Assembly (NCBI GenBank): GCA_010093745.1
Contig: MU005979.1
Span: 62,001 to 126,000, forward strand
Source of the DNA: Piedraia hortae CBS 480.64
Lineage: Eukaryota
Direction of reading: 5' to 3'
Length of the DNA: 64,000 nucleotides
Positions 1 through 8,578 of the stretch are shown here, piece by piece. The position numbers and the translations under genes are program-made. The notes beneath the pieces are model-generated. The model ran no database searches. It was not told the origin of the DNA and worked only from the letters and a program-made list of their open reading frames with translations. Every line of letters begins with the position of its first letter. Positions within the stretch are counted from its first letter, which is position 1.

Positions 1-307
1 CAGTCTTTACGCCGGTTTTCAACCTACCAACACCGCCCCAAATCCCGGCGCAAAACGCCTCCACCAAGCGACCCTCCTGCGACAGCAGCTCCGGCTTAAT
101 TTTGTTCAGGGGCACTGTGCGCACACACACATCTTGCGATACGGGCGATTCATTGGGATTGGAGCGTGCATACAGCGTGTTTTGGAAGATATAATCCGTG
201 GGCGGGATGGGCTTGATGGTGCAGTGGCGCGTAGCCCAGAAAAAGGACCCTGTCGTCGCCGCAGTACCCCAGCCGACTACATTCAATGCAACACGGCTCA
301 GACCCAT
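1..307 (-). CDS. Conserved fungal hypothetical protein, 5' exon only (gene runs off the window start)
   Basis: Not in ORF track. ATG at 307 opens MGLSRVALNVVGWGTAATTGSFFWATRHC...NPNESPVSQDVCVRTVPLNKIKPELLSQEGRLVEAFCAGIWGGVG with no stop. Probable donor GTAGGT at 27. The NP..D.CVR.VPL..IKPELL..G.LVEAFCAG.W pattern recalls an uncharacterised Pezizomycotina family (from memory). Confidence 0.7.
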   Translation of the reverse strand, partial: MGLSRVALNVVGWGTAATTGSFFWATRHCTIKPIPPTDYIFQNTLYARSNPNESPVSQDVCVRTVPLNKIKPELLSQEGRLVEAFCAGIWGGVGRLKTGVKT

Positions 308-439
308 CTTGTATGCTATCTGCTGTATGCGTATACTCCGAGGTGAGGTCGCGCGCACGTGATCGCGCCTCGAAGATTACCCGATGTGGAAGAAAAAGGA
401 ACTTAATTAAACCCGTAGATAGCTCGAGTTGAATTCCTG

Positions 440-1507
440 ATGCATACAGTCCCTCCACCTCATCCACGCGACCTATTGCCTCCTCTCTTGGCTTGTTTGC
501 CAACCGCTTTTGCCTCACCTCGGCCGCCGCCGGCCCTTTTTCCTCTGTTATCCCCTGTTTTACGACAGCGTCTAAAATACTTGGGCGACGGTGCCCCTGA
601 AGATGGTGGGTGGTTGACCCTTTTATCATGGAACCAAAATCAGGCCGAGCAGCTTCCGATCGCGGTCAAGCAAATGCAGATCGAACCCCATCCGGTTTCT
701 GGAGAGGTTGAACTGAACGATGTTCAACCAGCCCAGTATCGGTATCTGGACAAGGAAACTCTACAGGCCCGCATCCAAATTGACCAGTTTAACTTGCAGT
801 CTATATGGGTCTGGTGTGAGAATGATGTTCACGGGGAGACAGGCCCTGGGTGGAAGCTGGCCGAGCTGGGGGTTCTGAGCGAGTCCAAAGCAGATTTGGA
901 ATGGTTTGACTCACCATCTAAAGCTGAAACCGCGCTTCTAGATCAGGGTAAGAATGGAGACGACAGTGCAGAGGACGATTATTGGGCTTCCTACGACCGT
1001 TCTACGGCTGATACGCCGGCCAAAAAGCCTTCGCCTAACATTCAGACAGGAGCCAAGATCCATCCGCAATCTGAACTAGAATATTTTGCTCGCTACGAAA
1101 ACGTACAGCCAGCGCTTGATGCCCATGATCCAGATGAAGAACGTGTGGATATCGGCCAAAGTACTCTGAGAGGTGACTTGCTCTCACAGCTTAAGGCCCA
1201 GCGCACCCAAGCAGACAAGTCTGTAAATATAGGCGTAGACAGAGAATCGGGAATCTCTGAGCCGGGGCCTGACATAAATTCGCCATGGAAATATGCGGCG
1301 GCGCTAGAAGCATTAGAGAGACAGGCTCAAGTGATGGACGATCATGATCGCACACATGGAATTGTGAAACGACACATCCAAGCACAGTTGCAGAGTATGC
1401 TGGCTCTGTCAAGAGACCTTGGATTGAACTGGGACGACTTTAGCGGGATCGTTCGTTCTGAGCTGGACGATATGGGAAAACTCGCAACAGATAAAAAGGC
1501 TACCTGA
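440..1507 (+). CDS. Conserved fungal hypothetical protein (355 aa)
   Basis: Long intronless ORF. N-terminal PP.PR.LLPPLLACLPTAFASPRPPPAL.PLLSP.LRQR block, acidic DDYWASYD motif and helical C-terminus. Divergent from the gene starting at 307. Confidence 0.8.
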   Translation: MHTVPPPHPRDLLPPLLACLPTAFASPRPPPALFPLLSPVLRQRLKYLGDGAPEDGGWLTLLSWNQNQAEQLPIAVKQMQIEPHPVSGEVELNDVQPAQYRYLDKETLQARIQIDQFNLQSIWVWCENDVHGETGPGWKLAELGVLSESKADLEWFDSPSKAETALLDQGKNGDDSAEDDYWASYDRSTADTPAKKPSPNIQTGAKIHPQSELEYFARYENVQPALDAHDPDEERVDIGQSTLRGDLLSQLKAQRTQADKSVNIGVDRESGISEPGPDINSPWKYAAALEALERQAQVMDDHDRTHGIVKRHIQAQLQSMLALSRDLGLNWDDFSGIVRSELDDMGKLATDKKAT

Positions 1508-2064
1508 CCATCTGAAACAATACACGCCGAAAAATGTCACAGAGGCAGACAGCCTCGCTGATGCGCCAAGGCAGCATTTCAGAGTTGTAATTCTCGGACT
1601 TTGAATGGAGAATGGTGCTCACGCACTTGTGCAAGACCTAGAGCGCAGTTAGGGCTTTTGCACGGTACGTAAGACAGCAATCAGGCAAAAGCAAAAGGTG
1701 AAGGTGACTCCAGCAATCACTTCGCATCCGGATCTTGTTCCTATCAACCCCGCATTGCGCAACCCTGCGCGAACCCCGCATTGGCATCAACTCCTTCCAT
1801 ATAAAGGTTTGCGTCACCAGCATTTCGATAAATGTATGAGAACCAATTCTGGCATTATGCTACAAGTAAGCTGGAGCTATAGTGAAAACATGTACGCAAA
1901 AGTGATTCAAGATGCGCAGGCATTGCAGCGCACCTCCAAGGTATGCCTTTTGATAAGCTGGTATATCTTATCTGCTCGGCAATATGTCGTCCCTGCAGAT
2001 ATTGGTTATATAGACTCAATGTCCTCCGCACATCTTGGGCTAGAGAGCTTTGTTGGCAGCGTGA

Positions 2065-3760
2065 ATGGTGCCTGAACACAGAAAGTCGGTGGCAGAAGAG
2101 CCAGTTACTTCGGTACTGGCTAACGGCGATGTGCCAATTATTGAAGCCGGCCAGGTATGGGACGTCGACGAAGAAGTATTGGCCTCGCTTGGTTACAAGC
2201 CGGAATTCAAGCGGGATTTCAGCTTCTGGTCCGTATTTTCAGTCTCGTTTGCTGTCCTGGGCCTGTTACCCAGCTTTGGCACCACGCTCTATTACACGAT
2301 GGGCTTCGCTGGTACAGCCGCGATGAGCTGGGGCTGGCTAGTATCCTCGATTGGCGTCACGGCAGTTGCTCTGTCCATGGCAGAATTGTGCAGCTCCATG
2401 CCCACGGCTGGGGGGCTGTACTATGCTGCTGCCGCTCTTGCTCCCTCTGGTTGGGGTCCTCTTGCAGCTTGGATAACTGGTTGGTCAAACTGGATCGCTG
2501 GACTTTCGGGAGCACCATCTGTCAATTACGGGGTAGCATCGATGATGCTGGCAATGGGTAACATGCACAATGCGGATTTTGTGCCTACCAGACCAGAGAA
2601 GTTCCTGCTTACCTTGGCCATCATGGTTGTTCATGCCTTCATGGCCTCGCTGCCAACAAAATGGGCCGCATTCGTCAACAATATGGGCACGCTCTTCAAT
2701 ATAGTCGGCATATTCGTAGTGATCATTCTAATACCAACTGCAACGAACCGAACTTCGCGTGGATTGACCAAGTTTAATCATACTGGAGATGTCTGGGGTC
2801 AGGTTTATCATGGAACCGATTTTCCCGATGGCATCAGCGTACTAATGAGCTTTAGCGGGATCGTCTGGGCTGTACGTTTGATACTCTTTACCCGGAAAAA
2901 CGCTAATGCACCCAGGTATCTGGCTACGATGCTCCTTTGCATCTTACAGAGGAATGCGACAATGCAAATGTGGCTTGTCCGCGCGCCATTGTTCTTACCA
3001 GCGTATCTGGCTGCTTAGTTGGTTGGGTTCTTCAGCTCGTCGTAGCGTATACGATTGTCGACATTCCAGGAATCCTTTCTAGCGATACTGCACAGCCGTG
3101 AGTCTTTCTTTTCTATCGTCTACGTCTATCTAACAGCGATCTCCCAGTTTCGCTGCCTATCTAGACCAATGTCTCCCTCGCCCAGCCGCCTATGCTGTCT
3201 TATCCTTGACCATATTTGGGGGTTTCGCCATGGGCTAAGCTTGCATGCTGGGCTCATCACGCACCACATTCGCGTACGCACGGGATGGAGTCTTTCCGTT
3301 TTCCACCTTCTTTGCTCACGTCAACCAACGCACCAAAACGCCCGTAAATTCTGTCCTCCTGAATTTTGCAGTGGGATGTATCCTCCTCTTCCTCATCTTC
3401 GGGGGCGATCTCGCCGTTGGTGCGATTTTCTCCGTGGGCGCCTGCAGCGCGTTCATATCCTTTGGGATTCCCATTTTCATTCGCGTCTTGTTTGTGCGCA
3501 ACCGATTCCGCTCCGGGCCGTGGAACCTTGGACGTTTGAGCATACCGATTGGAACCATGGCAGTCTTGTTTGTGGCTCTCATGACCCCCATACTCTGTCT
3601 ACCGGCAAGAACTGGAAAGGAGCTCAATGCTCAAACTATGAATTGGACGAGCGTAGTCTATCTATCCCCTATGGCTATGTGCCTTATCTGGTGGGTCCTT
3701 GGGGCACGAAAGTGGTTCAAAGGACCAAAGGTCAATGCTCACGTTGAACATGTGAAATAA
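2065..3760 (+). pseudogene. APC-superfamily amino acid/GABA permease (Uga4/Tpo5-like) with one in-frame premature TAA
   Basis: Exons 2065-2871, 2916-3097 and 3148-3760 (GT-AG introns 2872-2915 and 3098-3147). Motifs LGYKPEFKR, MAELCSSMPTAGGLY, SGYDAPLHLTEE, SRTTFAYARDG and ARKWFKGP. Codon 3236-3238 is TAA in frame (FAMG*ACML). Confidence 0.8.
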
Positions 3761-5082
3761 GATTGATGGGTAAAAAGAAAAAACAGATGGTATGTGCGAG
3801 TGAGAACGATGGATGGAGAGTAGAGATGTGTCTATGAGTGAATACTAGTGTATCTACGAGGAGACATCAGGGAATGTATTCTGGGCTGGAAGGCCCGTGC
3901 GTAGCCTCGTATGAAGAGTCATCAATCGTATGACCGTAAGCAAGTGGTCATATGTGCAGTACGACCGTAAGCATGCAGCCTTACTCCATGACTCACCTCA
4001 AACAGTAGCAGGGCGCATTCACCATGTCGCATGCGACATGACCCTAAAGGAAACCTCTATGAGGACAAAACCTGGGTGCAGCTGCTGGTGTAAGAGGTGT
4101 CGCGTAGTGGCATCGTACACTCATAGCAACGAGGCTTCATGCCAACATGAAATGTTTGTATTTGATAGGTATAAGTTGACGATACCCACTTGTAGCCTAT
4201 CTAATCCTCTTGGTAGTGTTTGCAAAATTGATATTATTCGTAGTAGTATTGTCAAACAGCCATCGAAACCGTAGTACCACATAGCGGGCAAGTTCCCTTT
4301 CAACAATACTCCTTATTGTCTCGAAGCTCTCCCTTTCCATCTCCGTACGATCAGAGAGGTACAGAAACCCGTACCTCGAAACTAATCACCAATACGGCCT
4401 GCACATCACCTCCGAGTCACGTGGCAATTGGCTTGGCATTTTCATAATGACTCCACCAATTTCACCTTTAGCTCTTTCGGGGCAAAATTTATGGTGCCGA
4501 GGGAAAGTGACTGATTATTATGTCCATACCTCGAATTTTGATAGTTCTATGGAAGACTAAAGGGTAGTGAGTTTTCTTTCTTTGGTTGCGAAAAGATTTG
4601 GCTTGGGTGGTTTATGGCCTAAAATAGTAGAATCAATCAGGAATTTGGGTCGATCGGCTGCGTTCCTCTTGCCCTGTTGTTGAAGGCGCTTGGCCCGCTG
4701 TGGGGGTTATAAGAGGTTTGACTTGGGAAAATAGATTGTCAGGTTGGATCTAAGGCTTCACGAAACAGGCAACCTGACAAGACCGTGCCAGAATCCATCT
4801 CTCGAGCAGGCGTTCTACTGCGATTTGAAGTAGTGACATAAGTCTGAGCAATAGATTCATTCGAAATTGGGAGCACCCGACACGTTTATCGTCTCATAGA
4901 TACCGTATTCGCTGTATGTAGGCATTCTCGGGTATGAGAAACCGACAGACCGCTTTCAAAGGTTTTGCCATACTAGGTTGAATCGTAGTTACTGCAGTGC
5001 TCCCTAAACCACCTCGAAAAAGGCAACCACAAGCAAAATTCACCTTCCTAGCCGTAACTCCCGCGCCAGCGGACCCCCACCC

Positions 5083-5683
5083 TCAGATCTCCTCTTCAAA
5101 AAACTTGCCAAACCTCGCAAACCTAGCCACCGCACCATTCAGCACCATCATCCTACCCTTCACAAGAACTCTCATCACCAACAAAGAATACAGTCCCTGC
5201 CAACCCAACATCTTAACCTTCGCCCCAGTCTCCAGAATCTGCACTCTTGCCAGGGAAAAAAGCACAACCCTCGCAATCCCCCCGGCACGAAGCACCCTAC
5301 CGAAAGACCCACTTAAAGGGGCGAGGATGAACTGCATGCTCTCCTCCCTCGGCAGCATCTGCAAGTCACCCATTAGCAATGAGAAATTCTGCGCGGGTGG
5401 GGATTGTGTTGCGAGGAAAATGAAGGTCGAGTTCTACGGTTTGGGAATCAATGGGGCGGATGGGGAAGGCTTTGAATTCTTGGTTGTCGTGACAGCCTGA
5501 GATGAGGGAAGCGACGGTTCTTGGGGTTAAGTTGGTGGCTTGGACTGTAGATGTGCCGGGCCAGGGGTAGGGTGTTCCATTTGTGATGTTGAGGGTGGAG
5601 TGGAGGGTTGAGCCGTTGTTGAGGACGGTTGTTGAATGCGTGAAGTAAGCTTTGTGGGGGCCTTTGATGCACAGGGCGGCCAT
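5083..5683 (-). CDS. Possible orphan gene split into two overlapping ORFs (frameshift or unresolved intron)
   Basis: ORFs 5366-5683 (ATG start, TATA-like TATATAA upstream on the minus strand) and 5083-5379 abut in different frames. GCTAAT...TTGCAG at the junction looks like a branch site plus acceptor, but I found no good donor. No family recognised. Confidence 0.3.
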
Positions 5684-6292
5684 TGGGTTGGATTCTTGGG
5701 TGGGTGTGGTTGAAGTATAGGTTGGATTGGAGGGTTGGTGTGGTTATATAGTCTGGCTGGAGCCTGGTTGGGGGAAGGGGAGGGAGGTGCGGGGCTTGTT
5801 GAAGGTCATAGTTCAGTGAAGCGGTGGGGGTTCATGCTCTGTGTTTGCAAGAGGGACTGTGGATATTTCGAGTGACTAAGTTTGTGACATATGTTAATGT
5901 AACGACCGTGCGAATTGGATGTACAGCGATGGACCGTGCAAAGATGTGTGGGTCGGTGCAAATGTGCTTGGCAAAGCTCGAATGCTGAAGTCTACTTTAT
6001 AGAGGCTGTGTACATGTCAGCAATCAACAGCCTGAATACAACCAGCAGCTTGCGTGAATAAGTGAAGTATGGATTGCTTCGAAATATCATGGAGAGATGT
6101 TCATCAATACACGGCGCAAACAGTTATCTGTCGCATGGTAGTTCTACATCGTACACGAGGCAAAAAACGTCCCCGCTTTAACTCCTAAAGCACCAACGCA
6201 CAAGCTCGAAGAAGGCAAATGTCAGATTACCTGTTTCATATGCTTCTAACGTCATCCTGCCTCCCGTCATCATGCCTGCTTCTAATATCAAC

Positions 6293-7609
6293 TCATCCAC
6301 AGCTATCCCGTGCACTGCGGCGTAATCTGCGGAGATATAACTTACGCTTTTCCTCACCGCCCCAGTAGAGTCGAGATGCTTCAGGATTTATGCTTGCACG
6401 CGGCTCATACGTAGGGTTCTCGTCTTCTAGAGCAGCCACTATGCTGATCAGGTGCGAGGCCAAGTCTTCGGGCTTTTCGGGCTTGTAGAATACGTTTCCA
6501 CGGCTGCTGACTGCGCGGTGATAAAAAGGGATATCGAGAGAGACTCGTGGCTGAGTGTCAGGGAAGTTTGGTGGGATGCGGAAAGTCATACTGATGATGC
6601 CACCATCGAGATCCGTCATGGGCTTGCCAAACATGGTCAAGCTCCACACGAACGGGTTCTTTTCGTCCGGCAAGCTGAGCTCCATCCGGGAACTGTCGTA
6701 CTGAGTCTCGTGCCAGCGGTGCTGCAGTTGCTTGAACTGGAATCCCAGCTGCGAGGCCAACTGAGTCTCTGTCTCTACCTGTTTCAGGCCATCTTCGGCC
6801 CAAGCTAGTTGTTCGGCGTCAAGGGCATCACGAACACGATGGAGACGATCGAGAAGCTGCTCGTACTGGTACTCTCCCAGCATTTTATTGTTTCCGTATT
6901 CAAATGTAGCCTTTGCAAACTGCTCACCAGCCGGATGCGTGCCCTTTTCATGCTCAACCATCTCAAGATAGGCATCGTAGTACCAGAGAAAGCGGGTTTT
7001 GAGAGCGTCAACAAAGGGATCCCAGTGGAAGGCTGCCAGCTCCGGTTCCTCGGCAGCATCGATCTCGACCACGCGGACTTCGTTGTCCGGGGACGGAATC
7101 TTCAGCACCTTCTCCAGCCGCATGAGGACGGCGATGCGGAGCGTCTCGTGGCGTATCTTTGCGGCATAAGCCATGGCTTCCGGGCTGTTCCTGGCAGCAG
7201 ACTCGTAGCCGGGCTCATTCTCGTACGGATTGGCGCTCATCAGGCTCTGGATGCTGATCATGACGCTCTCCAGGCCCTGGGCGCTGCTCCATTCCTCGCC
7301 GGGGCGGCCACGCCATGTGCCCAGAATCGACAGACAGACTCGGCCTTCGGCGTAGATGTTTGGGTTGAAGCGCGTGCGGCCGCGATTGGTCGTCAGGGCA
7401 CGCACGCTGGGCGGCGCGATTGGGTAGGTCTCGGGGAACTCAATCTCAAACTCGAAGAAGCCAAAGGCATAAGGGGTTTCGGGCGGCCCCAGGATGAGGC
7501 AACGAACGTTGCTGACGTCGTCGTCGCAGAAGGCAACCAGCAGCGACAGATCGTCGCCGCGTTTGAGGTGCGCGAGTTCCTTCGTGATGCGCGCAATGCA
7601 AGTGGCCAT
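6293..7609 (-). CDS. Ubiquitin-conjugating enzyme E2, UBE2Z/BIRC6-like, with a second C-terminal UBC-like domain
   Basis: GPPETPYAFGFFEF, RFNPNIYAEGRVCLSILGTW (catalytic Cys) and NPYENEPG. The second domain reads NPFVWSLTMFGKPMTDLDGG...PPNFPDTQPRV. Confidence 0.92.
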   Translation of the reverse strand: MATCIARITKELAHLKRGDDLSLLVAFCDDDVSNVRCLILGPPETPYAFGFFEFEIEFPETYPIAPPSVRALTTNRGRTRFNPNIYAEGRVCLSILGTWRGRPGEEWSSAQGLESVMISIQSLMSANPYENEPGYESAARNSPEAMAYAAKIRHETLRIAVLMRLEKVLKIPSPDNEVRVVEIDAAEEPELAAFHWDPFVDALKTRFLWYYDAYLEMVEHEKGTHPAGEQFAKATFEYGNNKMLGEYQYEQLLDRLHRVRDALDAEQLAWAEDGLKQVETETQLASQLGFQFKQLQHRWHETQYDSSRMELSLPDEKNPFVWSLTMFGKPMTDLDGGIISMTFRIPPNFPDTQPRVSLDIPFYHRAVSSRGNVFYKPEKPEDLASHLISIVAALEDENPTYEPRASINPEASRLYWGGEEKRKLYLRRLRRSARDSCG

Positions 7610-7789
7610 GGTCTAGCGTAGGTTTTAATTTGGCATCGTTGTGGGCGACGAGCTGTCAGCTGTCGCCTACCGCTACGTAATTACCAAACAATTAGACTGC
7701 AACCTTTAACACCTGCCCTTGTCGCCTCGTGCCCTTCGCCGCACACGCGCTCCACCCTAATTCCACCTCCCCTATTACATCACTGTCCC

Positions 7790-8103
7790 TTAGCAGCAAT
7801 CCGCACAGCACTCGCAGCAATCCGCACAGCAGTCGCACCCTTCTTCACACACGAAACAGCAGCAAAGTGTCGCCAAACAGGCCTGCAGGCACCCGCCGCC
7901 GCCGTTCCTTTGCCTGCGCGGCGGAGCTTGTTGCGGCGCGTATTGCATGGGCTGGCCGCCTCCTCCGTAGTATCCCGGTCCCTGCGGTGGGCCGTAGCCG
8001 CTATATCTCGTCAGCGCGTTGAACTCCGCGAGGGCATAATGAGTTACTAGGTCGGCGGCGGCTGTTGCGGGTATCCGCCCTGATAGTATCCTTGAGAGGC
8101 CAT
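7790..8103 (-). CDS. CYSTM (cysteine-rich tail-anchored) protein, 88 aa
   Basis: Not in ORF track. Exons 8103-8048 and 8000-7790, intron 8001-8047 (GTAACT...GCTGAC...TAG). Product MASQGYYQGGYPQQPPPTYGYGPPQGPGYYGGGGQPMQYAPQQAPPRRQRNGGGGCLQACLATLCCCFVCEEGCDCCADCCECCADCC. Confidence 0.9.
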
Positions 8104-8578
8104 GTCGACTTGTAACTAGAACGATGCGGAAGGGGAAGTTCGGATAGGTGGGAAAATCAGGTGCTGCCTGGTCCGTATGTAGTTGTATGAAGTCGGTCTT
8201 TGCCGACGTTATTCAAATAGTAGGTGTCAGCCACCATGCACAGCCACCGTTGGTCGCATTTGCCACAGCCTGCCACTTTTCACGTCACCATGTGACTTGA
8301 CGCGTCATCCATGTGAAACAGCCCGGAAGTCGCCCCGCCTTTTTTCCACCCATTTTGGAGACGCTGGACTACACTAGCTGTCGCTTTGCAAAGGTAGCCT
8401 AGCCCGTGTTGTAGTCTATCCTGCCGCCTACAACAAGGGCAGTTCCATCTTCGTGTTATATACGACTGTCCGAGAACTACAAGACCTGTCAAGCTTCTAC
8501 ACCGATCCGTCAACCATGCTTGACAGATGCCGGTGCAGGCACTGAGATAAATCCGCGTCTATTACAAACTCTACCATC

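Noticed and set aside
3236..3238. Alternative genetic code (TAA = Gln)
   Set aside because: TAA terminates several well-defined genes here (Argonaute, MPG1, polyubiquitin, CYSTM) at their expected ends.
3801..4000. TGAG...CTCA-bounded 200-bp segment with internal GTA(T/C)GACCGTAAGCA direct repeat, LTR-like
   Set aside because: No TSD and no second copy in the window; cannot be supported without a genome search.
4736..4780. 11-bp inverted repeat TTGTCAGGTTG / CAACCTGACAA with 23-nt spacer
   Set aside because: Isolated short hairpin with no TSD, copies or RNA-family features.
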